DNA of 64,000 nucleotides from the NCBI GenBank assembly GCA_963754315.1, contig CAVWFS010000007.1, positions 640,001 to 704,000 on the forward strand, written 5' to 3'. Of the stretch, positions 48,765 to 57,805 are shown in pieces. Both the position numbers and the translations under genes were made by a program. Position 1 is the first letter of the stretch, and each line of letters starts with the position of its first letter. The DNA comes from an uncultured Candidatus Rokubacteria bacterium (lineage in GTDB: Bacteria > Methylomirabilota > Methylomirabilia > Rokubacteriales > CSP1-6). The notes beneath the pieces are model-generated. The model did not search any database. It was given only the letters and a program-made list of their open reading frames with translations, and was not told where the DNA came from.

Positions 48765-49625
48765 TCAGAGCTGCCGGCGGGTGCGGGGGTCGAGCATGTC
48801 GCGCAGGCCATCCCCCAGGATGTTCACGGCCAGCACGGTCAGGGCCAGAAACACGCCGGGGAAGAGGATGTTGTGGGGAAGGATCCGGAACAGCGCCCGT
48901 CCTTCCGCCATGATGTTGCCCCAGGTCGGAATCTCCGGTGGAATGCCGACTCCGAGAAAGCTGAGGATGGCTTCCACCAGGATTGCGGACCCGCACACGA
49001 AGGTCCCCTGCACCACGAGGGGCGCGAGCGTGTTCGGGAGGACGTGCTGAGCGAGCAGCCTGGGAGTGGGCGATCCCAGCGCGAGGGCGGCCTCCACGTA
49101 GGGTTCCTCACGGATGGAGAGGACGACCGACCGCACGACGCGCACCACGCGAGGAATCTCGGGAATGACGATGGCGACGATGACCGTGCGCAGGCTCGCC
49201 TTGGAGAGCGACACCAGCACGATGGCCAGCAAGATGGCGGGCACGGCCATGAGCCCGTCCATCACCCGCATCACCACGCTGTCGAGCCAGCGCAGGTAGC
49301 CGGCGAGCACGCCGATCAGCAGTCCGATGACCACACTGATGAGCGCCACCGAGATGCCCACCACAAGCGACACCCGCGCTCCGTACACCACGCGGCTGTA
49401 GACGTCGCGCCCCAGGCTATCCGTGCCCATCCAGGAGGTGGCGGCGCTCTGGCTTCCGTCGGCGTTCCGCACGGTGATCGCGGTGCCGGGACGCTTGTTG
49501 CGGGCGACCGGATCGATCTGGGCGGGGTCCCGGGTACCCAGCAAGGGGGCCAGGACTCCCACCGCCACGATCACGGCCAGGAAGGCGCCGCCGAGCAGCA
49601 CGCTCTTCTGGCGGACCGCGGTCAA
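48765..49625 (-). CDS. Peptide ABC permease (DppC type)
   Basis: GTDSLGRDVYSR, YVEAA.ALG, PTWGNIM, LGDGLRD.LDPR. Confidence 0.92.
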   Translation of the reverse strand: MTAVRQKSVLLGGAFLAVIVAVGVLAPLLGTRDPAQIDPVARNKRPGTAITVRNADGSQSAATSWMGTDSLGRDVYSRVVYGARVSLVVGISVALISVVIGLLIGVLAGYLRWLDSVVMRVMDGLMAVPAILLAIVLVSLSKASLRTVIVAIVIPEIPRVVRVVRSVVLSIREEPYVEAALALGSPTPRLLAQHVLPNTLAPLVVQGTFVCGSAILVEAILSFLGVGIPPEIPTWGNIMAEGRALFRILPHNILFPGVFLALTVLAVNILGDGLRDMLDPRTRRQL

Positions 49626-50569
49626 TAGCGGATCCTCGGGTCAAGGACCGTATAGGTCAGATCGACCAGCAAATTGATCAGCACGTAGACGACGGAGAAC
49701 AGCAGGACAACCGCCTGGATCGTCGGATAGTCCCGCGCGAGCACGGCGTCTACCGTCAGGCGACCCAGTCCCGGAATGCTGTAGACGGACTCGGTGACGA
49801 CCACTCCACCAATGAGCAGGGCGAACGCCGAGGCCGATCACGGTCACGATCGGCACGGCTGCGTTGCGCAACACGTGCCTCAGCAGCACAGGAGGCTCGC
49901 CCAGCCCCTTGGCGCGCGCGGTCCTGACGTAGTCGGCGCCGAGGACCTCCAGGACGCTCGCCCGGGTGATGCGGGCGATGAGGGCAACCAAGACCACGGC
50001 CAACGTCACACTGGGCAAGATCAGCCGATAGATGAAGCCAGCGAAGCCGTCACTCCAGGCGCTGATAGCCCTGCACAGGTAACCAGCCCAGCTCGATCGC
50101 GAAAAGGTAGATCAGGGCGTAGCCGATGACGAAGACGGGCACCGAGAAGCCAAACACCGAGAGGGCCATGACCCCGCGGTCGATCCACGTGCCGCGTCGA
50201 TAACCGGCGACAACGCCGAGGGGCACCGCGGTCGAGGACGGCGAGTACGGTGGTAACAGGTCGCCAGGGCCACCGTGGGCTCCAGGCGTTCGACAATCAG
50301 GTCGGCCACCTTCTTCTTGAAGAAGAACGATTCGCCGAGATCTCCCCGCAGCACGTTGCTCATCCAGATGACGAACTGCTCGACGAGAGGTCGGTCGAGG
50401 CCGAGGCGGGTGCGGATCTCGCCACGACCTGCTGGCTGGTGGCGTTGTCGCCGGCGATGATGGCGGCGGGATCGCCGCCGGTGAGACGCAGGAGAAGGAA
50501 GACGAAGACGGCCACCACGGCGAGAACGGGTATAGTGGCGAGAAGGCGGCGGCCGATGTACCCGAGCAT
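49622..50569 (-). pseudogene. Peptide ABC permease (DppB type), split by several frameshifts (likely sequence errors)
   Basis: Fragments in different frames: MLGYIGRRLLATIP, GDLGESFFFK, RTARAKGL..HVLRNA, RDYPTIQ..LDPRIRY. Confidence 0.82.
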
Positions 50570-50589
50570 TGGCGCGAAGCGGGTGGCAG

Positions 50590-50632
50590 AGGCGACGGCG
50601 CGTGATCGGGCCCGATCAGGCGCCGCCCGCCT
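50590..50632. other. Intergenic GC stem-loop between SBP and permease genes
   Basis: Perfect 16-bp palindrome TGATCGGGCCCGATCA (50603-50618) extended by CGGCGC/GCGCCG and AGGCG/CGCCT arms. Confidence 0.6.
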
Positions 50633-50646
50633 TCAGATGTTGGGGC

Positions 50647-52238
50647 TCAGCGCTTCTTCTCGACGTTCCAGAACACGGTGACCGGTGCTTCGATCATGCC
50701 CTCCACACCCTTCTGGACGGCCAGCCGCTCCGTACCACTGGCCGAGCGGCACGTGGGTCGGGTACTGGGTCAACCGGCCCTGAACGGCTCGGCGATGGCC
50801 TTCTGCTTGGCGGGATTGCTCTCGCGGGCGAACTGGTCGCGCAGAGCCTCCATCTCCTTGTCACATGGCCAGCCGAACATGCGCCTTGTCGCAGCTCGCG
50901 TTCAGGAAGCCGGCCATCACCGGGTTCAGGATATCGGCCGCCACCCACGAGGTCAGAAAGGCGTGCCAGCCCCCTTGCGCTGGTGGATCCTTCTTGGCGC
51001 GGCGGGCCACCAAGGTCTGCCAGTCCATGGACTGCATGTCGACCTTGAAGCCGCCCTTTTCCATGCAGCGACTTGGCCACCGGGGCCAGATTGGCCAGCA
51101 CGGCCAGGTCCGTCGAGTGCATCAGCACGATGGGAGTGCCGTCGTACCCGGCCTCCTTCAGGAGCGCCTTGGACTTCTCGAAGTTGGAGTCGAGCAGGCC
51201 CTCCATGCCCTTCGTGGACTCCAGCGGTGTCCCACACGGGAAGAGCGACCGACAGACCTTGTAATAGGCGGGATCCCCGATCACAGCCTTCAGGAAGTCT
51301 TCCTGGTTCAAGCTGTAGAGAACCGCCTGTCGAACCTTTGTGTTATCGAACGGCTTGCTGAGGGTGTTGAAGCGGAACGTGTACTGGTTGCCCAGCGGGT
51401 TCAGATTCGTCAGCCGGACGCCGGCATCTTTCTTCAGGACGGGGTAGAGGTCGTGGGGCGGAGACTCGATGTAGTCGATCTCACCGGCCAGCAGCGCATT
51501 GATGGCCGTCTGATGGTCGGCGATGGCACGCCACTCCACGCGATCAACCTTGGCCACCTTGCCCCCGGCCAGTCCGGAGGGGGCCTCCGAGCGGGGCTTG
51601 TACTGGGCGAACTTCGCGTAGACTGCCTTGTCCCCGGGCTTCCACTCGTCCCGCTTGAAGACAAACGGTCCCGATCCGGTGAAGTCGGAGATCTGCGTGT
51701 TGGGATCGGTGTCCGCCACGCGCTTGGGCATCATGAACGGCACGTTGGAGCTTGGCTTGCCGAGCGCGGAGAGGACGAGCCCGGTCTGTTCCTTGAGAAC
51801 GATCCGGAATGTCTTGGTGTTGGCGACCTGGATGTCCTTCACGAAGGACATCATCTTCTGTCCCATGGAGTCCTTGGCGGACCAGCGCTTGATGGAGGCC
51901 ACGCAGTCCTCGGCTGTCACCGGCGTGCCGTCATGCCAGAGGAGGCCGTCGCGCAGGGTGAAGGTGTAGGTGAGCTTGTCGGGGCTGATCTCGACTTTGT
52001 CGACCATCTGAGGCCGGATCTCGCCCTTGGCGTCCATGGCGAAGAGCGTGTCGTAGATCATGTAGCCGTGATTGCGGGTGATGTAGGCGGTCGTCCAGAT
52101 CGGATCGACGATCTTGAGGTCGGAGTGCATCACCACTCGCAGGGTGCTCTGCGCATCGGCCGGCCGGGCCGCGGTGCCCACGAGCAACCCCACCGACAGA
52201 GCCATGCCGATGCCGGCGAGTCTTCTCAGAACTGCCAT
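50647..52238 (-). CDS. ABC substrate-binding protein family 5, several C-terminal frameshifts
   Basis: DPIWTTAYITRNHGYMIYDTLF, FTLRDGL.WHDG, GSGPF. Frames switch after ~51065; the natural end PVTVFWNVEKKR* is at 50647. Confidence 0.85.
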
Positions 52239-52303
52239 GGATTCCTCCTCGAGAGGGAGCAATTTACAGTGGGATGCGCCCCCGACCCTGGGGCGGTGCC
52301 GTG

Positions 52304-52332
52304 AGAGTAAACAAGGCGCAGTCCCCTGTCAA
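52304..52332 (-). promoter_or_regulatory. Sigma70 promoter of the peptide ABC cluster
   Basis: Minus strand TTGACA-17 nt-TACTCT; GAGGAGG RBS before ATG 52238. Confidence 0.65.
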
Positions 52333-52351
52333 CGCACCGCGTGGCCCTGTG

Positions 52352-52936
52352 CTACTTGACGTCGGTGCGCGCGGCCAGCCGATCGCGCAGTCGTCGCACC
52401 AGCTCCTCGTAGGAGCTTGTTCGGATGATCTTGTCGAACTGGGCGCGGTAGTTGCCGATGAGGCTGATCCCTTCCACCACGATGTCGTAGGCATACCACT
52501 GCTCGCCGCGTCGGTGCAGCCTCGCCTCGACTGGCAGCTCGATCTGCTCCGGGATCAGGACCTTGGCGCGGACGATGGCGAAGGAGCCATCGACGACCTC
52601 GCCCACATACGTGAGCCGGGCATCCTTGTAGGCTCCGAGGCGCGTGAGATACGTCCGCTCGAGCAGCTGCGCGAACAGCTCGGTGAACTCCGCCCGTTCG
52701 GCCGGCGTGCGGTTCTGCCAGTGCCGGCCCAGCGCGCGCCGCGCCGCTTCCTCGGGATCGAAGAGCTGCCGCGCGATCGCGCGCAGGGTCGTGTCGCGCT
52801 GGGCAGAGCTCAGGCTCGGATCTCCGAGGACCTGGAGGGCCCGATCGGTGTAGCCCCGCACGTAGGACGTTACGGTGGCAGCCTCGGCCTCGCCCCCGAA
52901 CAGAACACATGCCGCAAGAGCCAGCGCGATCACCAT
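52352..52936 (-). CDS. MlaC/Ttg2D (HpnM-like) periplasmic lipid-binding protein
   Basis: Signal peptide; FD....RRALGRHW, F..LLERTY, YDIVVEGISLIGNYRAQF; close to shc. Confidence 0.88.
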   Translation of the reverse strand: MVIALALAACVLFGGEAEAATVTSYVRGYTDRALQVLGDPSLSSAQRDTTLRAIARQLFDPEEAARRALGRHWQNRTPAERAEFTELFAQLLERTYLTRLGAYKDARLTYVGEVVDGSFAIVRAKVLIPEQIELPVEARLHRRGEQWYAYDIVVEGISLIGNYRAQFDKIIRTSSYEELVRRLRDRLAARTDVK

Positions 52937-52985
52937 CACCCCAATGTTACCCTGAGGATCTTGCCGGGAGAGGAGGAGGTGCCAT

Positions 52986-53721
52986 CTGACGACGTCCATC
53001 GGAGAGCTGCGCATCGTCGAAGCCTGCGCGCAAGCCGGTTGCCCGGTCTGCTTGTGCCTGACGCAGCACAGTCGGGAACAGCTCACGGCCCTCCTGTACG
53101 AGCAGGTCACCGACCTCGAGACGCGGCGGCGCCTGCGTGCCTCCTGGGGCTTGTGCAACTGGCACACGTGGATGTTGCTCGATCTTCCGGGCTCGCGGGC
53201 CGGCACCGCGATCCTCGCCGAGGACCTCCTCAGGACATCTGATCGACCGGATCAGCCGCGCCGTGGCCACCACGCTGGTCGGAAGGCTTGCCACGTGGCT
53301 CGTGCAGGCGCGAGCCAGGACTGCCCAGCGCCTGACGGCCCTCTACCGACGACGGCCCCCCTGCCCGGTGTGCGAACGGGCCGGCGAAGCGGAACAGCGG
53401 TACATCGAGGCCCTGCTCGGTCGGCTCGACGATCCAGAGTTCCGCCTCGCCTACGCTCGGTCAGGCGGCTTGTGCGTACCCCACGCCATGCGCGCGGTCG
53501 AGCTCGTCGGCGGCCACCGAGAGATGAAACCACTCCTGGACCTCACGCTCGTCAGGTGGTCGAGCATGCGCCAGGATGTGGCCGGCTTCATCGCCAAGCA
53601 CGACCACCGGAATACCCACCCGTTTACGGAGGCAGAAAGGGAGTCGTGCCGGCGAGCTCTCGAGCTTCTGAGCGGCGCCCCGGGGCTCTTCGGTACCGAT
53701 CTCCCCCATCGGGGCCGCTGA
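52986..53721 (+). CDS. DUF6062-like Cys/His-rich protein, frameshift ~53238
   Basis: Two repeats of CPVC followed by GLC..H (GCPVC...GLCNWH; CPVC...GLCVPH), then FIAKHDHR. GGAGGAGG RBS; start codon uncertain. Confidence 0.65.
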
Positions 53722-53727
53722 AACCCA

Positions 53728-55740
53728 TCAGTCGGGCAGGCGTTCAGGGGGCATGTCGCGCACGATCCGCAAGCTCCGGCTCGTGGCTGCCAAGGTTCGG
53801 CGGGCCTGGGTGAGCGCGAGGAGCGGGAAGTAGTTCCGATAGAGCGTGTAACGGAGATAGAAGACGTTGGGAAAGCCGGTCCCCGTGGCGAGGTCCTCGC
53901 TCCACGTCCCGTCCCCGCGCTGGGTCTCCACGAGGTACCCGACACCGCGCCGTAGGCTCTGGCCGGCGCCATGGCCTGCAGCGATGAGTCCCAAGAGAGC
54001 CCAGGCAGTCTGCGACGGCGTGCTCGCGGCAGGGACGAACGTGCCCTCGTTATAGCTCGCACAGCTTTCTCCCCACCCGCCGTCGGGGTTCTGGACGGAG
54101 GTGAGCCACTCGCCCGCTCGCCACATGGCCTGCGCGGCTCCCCGATCCCGCGCCGCCCTCAGTCCCCGCAGAGCGAGGAAGGTGCCGTAGACGTAGTTAA
54201 CCCCCCACCGCCCGTACCAGCTGCCGTTTTGCTCCTGCGCCTGGAGCAGGTAGCCCACACCCCGCTCGATGCGAGTGTCGGACAGCTTGACACCCCGACG
54301 GCAGAGCGCCTCCAGGACTCGGCCGGTGATATCCGGGCATGTCGGATCCAGCATGGCGTTGTGATCGGCGAAGGGGACCTTGTTGAGCAGTGCCCAGTTG
54401 TTGTCGACGTCGAAGGCAGCCCAGCCCCCATCGCGCGACTGCATGTGACCGAGCCAATGGGTCGCCCGTCGCTCGCAGCGCTCCTGGCGAGCGCGGTCGG
54501 TGGCGGTAGCGTGCTGAAGGGCCAGCAAGACCATGGCTGTGTCGTCGATGTCCGGGTAGGGCTCGTTGGCGAACTCGAAGGCCCAGCCCGAGGGCTCCAG
54601 CTCTGGTCGCTTCACCGACCAGTCCCCGCGGCGTCGCACTTCCCTCGTGATGAGCCAGTCCGCCGCGCGCGACAGAGCCGCCGGGGGCGCCGCCCCCAGC
54701 TCTCCCAGCGCGAACATGGCGATGGCGGTATCCCACACGGGCGAGAAGCACGGCTGGAAATACAGCGAGGTCTGCGTCTCCGTGATCAGGGCCTCGAACT
54801 GGCGTATGGCTTCGATGAGGTCCGGGTGGTCTCGCGGATAGCCGAGGCACTCGAGGGCCATGATGAGATACATCATCGAGGGATAGATGGCGCCCAACCC
54901 ATCACTGTGGCGTGTCCGGTCCAGCATCCACTTCTCGGCCTCGCGGATGGCCGACTTGCGGATCGTCTCCGGTGCCCGGCGCTGCCACACTCGGAGGGCA
55001 AGGTCGAGCTGGAAGATCGAGGAAAGCCGATCGCGCTTGGGTAGGCGGAAGCTCTTGCCCGGCAACGCGAGCTCGTCCAGGTTGAAGCCGGTCGGCACCG
55101 GTCGCACGCCAGAACGGGCCTGCACGATCGACAGGGGCACCACGATCGCCCGAGTCCACGACGACATCTCGTAGATCAGCCCGCCTGGGAGCAGCACGAG
55201 CTCAACCGGGATGGCCGGCACATACCGGCGCGGGAAGAGACCGAACAGGCTCAGGTTGATCCGAGTGTAGCTATTGGTACCCTGGAGGCCCCCCAGCTCC
55301 AGGATGCGCTGGCGCGCCAATCGCATCGGCTCCCGAGCCGGATCGAGGCCGGACAGTTTGAGCGCGGCGTAGGCCTTGACGGACGCGTTGAGATCGGCGG
55401 GCCCCCCGGGATAAATATTGAAACCGCCGTCGGGGAGCTGCCGGTCCAGGATCGAGCGGCTTGCCTTCAGGATCCGTTCGAGCGTGGGCGGCCGCCAGGT
55501 TCCATCCTTCGGGGGATGGAGCCACAGCTGCAACAGGATGAAGTCGGACTCGAGCGTGGTGTCGGCGAGGAGCTCGCCGCACCAGAAGCCCTCAGGGTTC
55601 TGGACCGCAAGGAGCGCCTCCGCCGCGCGCAGCGCGCCCACGCTGGCGGCCTCCGCCAACGCGTGCTGGCTCCGCTTGGCCGCCTCTGATGGGCGGGCTC
55701 CACCCCGCCCTCTGAGCGGCTCGATCCATGACGATTCCAT
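53728..55740 (-). CDS. shc: Squalene-hopene cyclase
   Basis: DIDDTA catalytic motif, multiple QW repeats (QNPEGFW, QSRDGGW, QEQNGSW, QNPDGGW, QRGDGTW), SPVWDT, GTGFP.VFYLRY. Confidence 0.96.
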   Translation of the reverse strand: MESSWIEPLRGRGGARPSEAAKRSQHALAEAASVGALRAAEALLAVQNPEGFWCGELLADTTLESDFILLQLWLHPPKDGTWRPPTLERILKASRSILDRQLPDGGFNIYPGGPADLNASVKAYAALKLSGLDPAREPMRLARQRILELGGLQGTNSYTRINLSLFGLFPRRYVPAIPVELVLLPGGLIYEMSSWTRAIVVPLSIVQARSGVRPVPTGFNLDELALPGKSFRLPKRDRLSSIFQLDLALRVWQRRAPETIRKSAIREAEKWMLDRTRHSDGLGAIYPSMMYLIMALECLGYPRDHPDLIEAIRQFEALITETQTSLYFQPCFSPVWDTAIAMFALGELGAAPPAALSRAADWLITREVRRRGDWSVKRPELEPSGWAFEFANEPYPDIDDTAMVLLALQHATATDRARQERCERRATHWLGHMQSRDGGWAAFDVDNNWALLNKVPFADHNAMLDPTCPDITGRVLEALCRRGVKLSDTRIERGVGYLLQAQEQNGSWYGRWGVNYVYGTFLALRGLRAARDRGAAQAMWRAGEWLTSVQNPDGGWGESCASYNEGTFVPAASTPSQTAWALLGLIAAGHGAGQSLRRGVGYLVETQRGDGTWSEDLATGTGFPNVFYLRYTLYRNYFPLLALTQARRTLAATSRSLRIVRDMPPERLPD

Positions 55741-55852
55741 TGGCGTCTGTTCAGCTTACATGAGGTCGCGCCTCATCCGTGAACGTCGCCTGCGCGCGGG
55801 CCTTGCTCGCATCGACGATGGGGACTATCGTAGCGCGCGAAGGGAAGACTCA

Positions 55853-56602
55853 TTGACGGCGACGCCTCGGCCCCCCCACCCGGTCCTCAAAGAGTATTAC
55901 GAGGGTGATGACGACCGACAGCCCTTCGTCACCGCCCTGTTCGACTCGACCGCTCGCCACTACAACCGTCTCAGCAGCGTGATGTCACTGGGATCCGGAC
56001 AGGCTTATCGCCAGGGCGTCTTGGTGCGCGCCGGCTTGAAGCCCGGCATGCGCCTCCTTGACGTCGCCACCGGCACCGGCCTGGTGGCAAGGTCGGCGTG
56101 CACGGTTCTGGGAAATGACGGCGCCGTCGTCGGCCTCGATCCGAGTCGCGGCATGCTGCAGGAAGCACGCAAGGTCGTCCGAGGGCCCTTGGTGCAGGGA
56201 ATCGTGGAACATCTTCCCTTCGCCGACGAGCGCTTCGATCTCGTCACCATGGGCTATGCCCTGCGCCACATGGCGGATCTCGGCGTCGCCTTTCGAGAGT
56301 GCCGGCGCGTCTTGAAACCGGGGGGCCGTTTCCTGATTCTCGAGATCTCACGACCGCGCTTGGCCGTGAGCCAATGGGTCGTCCGTGCCTATCTTCAGCA
56401 GATTTTGCCGCTCATGATGCGCTTGACCGGGGCGGACGCGCGCACCGGCCTCCTCAGCCGCTACTATTGGGACACCATCGCCGCCTGCGTCCCGCCCGCC
56501 ACCATCCTCGAGATGTTGCGGTCGAGCGGCTTCGTCGACGTGGAGCGTCGGCTGCGGGGTGGGCTGTTCAGCGAGTACGCGGCTGTGAGGCCACGGGGAT
56601 AA
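55853..56602 (+). CDS. Class I SAM-dependent methyltransferase (UbiE/MenG-like)
   Basis: LFD..A.HY, LLDVATGTG, LPF.D..FD, RVLKPGG; start uncertain (TTG 55853). Confidence 0.85.
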   Translation: MTATPRPPHPVLKEYYEGDDDRQPFVTALFDSTARHYNRLSSVMSLGSGQAYRQGVLVRAGLKPGMRLLDVATGTGLVARSACTVLGNDGAVVGLDPSRGMLQEARKVVRGPLVQGIVEHLPFADERFDLVTMGYALRHMADLGVAFRECRRVLKPGGRFLILEISRPRLAVSQWVVRAYLQQILPLMMRLTGADARTGLLSRYYWDTIAACVPPATILEMLRSSGFVDVERRLRGGLFSEYAAVRPRG

Positions 56603-56633
56603 CGGCGCTCCGTCCTGACTTTTTGCTGATGCC

Positions 56634-56948
56634 TCAGGCCCGCGCGGAGTGGTCTCCCTCCTCGCTCGGGTCCGTGTCCTTCGACGTCTCGGTCAGCAGG
56701 ATCCAATCGTCGGGGGGATCAGCGGGCGGCCGCGTGCCCTCCGCGGTGATGAACACGTTGCTCCGACTAGCCGAGAACCACTCCCAGCTGCCAGGCTGAA
56801 CTCCTGCATCCTGCGCCGAGCCCATATCGGGTCCGGCCGCCCCCGAGGCCGAGCGATCCGCACGTCGCTCGCGCTTGGCCTGCTGCTTGGCCTTCAGCGC
56901 ATCGGCCCGACGGCGTCGTTCGAAGCCGTAGTTCTTGCGCTGGCTCAC
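56634..56948 (-). CDS. Hypothetical protein with basic N-terminal helix
   Basis: GTG start overlaps the stop of the upstream ORF (GTGA); Lys/Arg-rich N-terminus and acidic tail. Confidence 0.6.
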   Translation of the reverse strand: MSQRKNYGFERRRRADALKAKQQAKRERRADRSASGAAGPDMGSAQDAGVQPGSWEWFSASRSNVFITAEGTRPPADPPDDWILLTETSKDTDPSEEGDHSARA

Positions 56949-57163
56949 CGGCTACGCAGGTGAGAGGTTGATCGATGAAATCGGGGCGGCGGAACGGAGT
57001 GGTCAGTGACGTTCATCTCACTGAGGCGTCGACTACCGGCCGCGATGGCGGTGGCGACGGTGGGAAACGTGCCGGGCGATTCTTCCACCAACTCGCCAGC
57101 ATAGTTGACGATGCGCCAGCGCCAATCGGGGCGCGCCGGCGTCCAATGCGCCATCACCTGCAT
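56945..57163 (-). CDS. Small hypothetical protein
   Basis: GAGGAGG RBS; WRWRIVN..GELVEES..F motif. Confidence 0.65.
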   Translation of the reverse strand: MQVMAHWTPARPDWRWRIVNYAGELVEESPGTFPTVATAIAAGSRRLSEMNVTDHSVPPPRFHRSTSHLRSR

Positions 57164-57388
57164 GAGCGGCCTCCTCTGCCGGGTAAGGCCTCCACCGTGC
57201 GCTCACTGAAAGCTCGGAGGAAGCTCGGAACGTGGCCGAATGCCAAAGATGGGTCGATCGAGAACCGACGGTTCACTCGGTCCTCAAGTGTACACGAATC
57301 TGCGTCCATTCTGTCCGAATTGGCAGTGGCACCGCAGCGTCTGCCGCCCGTGCGCCAACGCGCCCGAAGGTGTCATAATGGAACGCCA

Positions 57389-57805
57389 ATGAGAATTGGT
57401 GGTCTTGCCCTCGTCGGCCCCTTTGTGTTGCTCGTTGCTTGCGCTGAGAAGTCGACGGCGCCCGAAATGGCGGCCCCCCCACCGGTGATCGTTCAGCCGA
57501 GCGCTCCCGTTCGGCCTGAACCGCCGTCGGCCATCACGCCTCCCCCGTCCGAGTCAGGGCCCTCAGCGGCCCCGTCGCCCGAGCCGACCTCGAGGGAGCG
57601 CCCCGCCACCTCGGTCGTATTCGTCGCCGTTCAGCGCGCCAACTTGCGCCAGAGCCCCGATGTCAAAGCGCGCATCCTGGCGGTACTGACCAAGGGAACG
57701 AAGCTGACGGTTCAGGAGAAGAGCGCGCAGTGGTACCGGGTACGCCTTGACGACGGAAAGGAAGGCTGGGTGGCCGAGTCGGTTACTTCGGCGAAGCCCG
57801 ATTGA
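57389..57805 (+). CDS. SH3-domain lipoprotein
   Basis: LVAC lipobox, Pro-rich linker, ANLRQSP...WYRV...KEGWV bacterial SH3 motif. Confidence 0.85.
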   Translation: MRIGGLALVGPFVLLVACAEKSTAPEMAAPPPVIVQPSAPVRPEPPSAITPPPSESGPSAAPSPEPTSRERPATSVVFVAVQRANLRQSPDVKARILAVLTKGTKLTVQEKSAQWYRVRLDDGKEGWVAESVTSAKPD

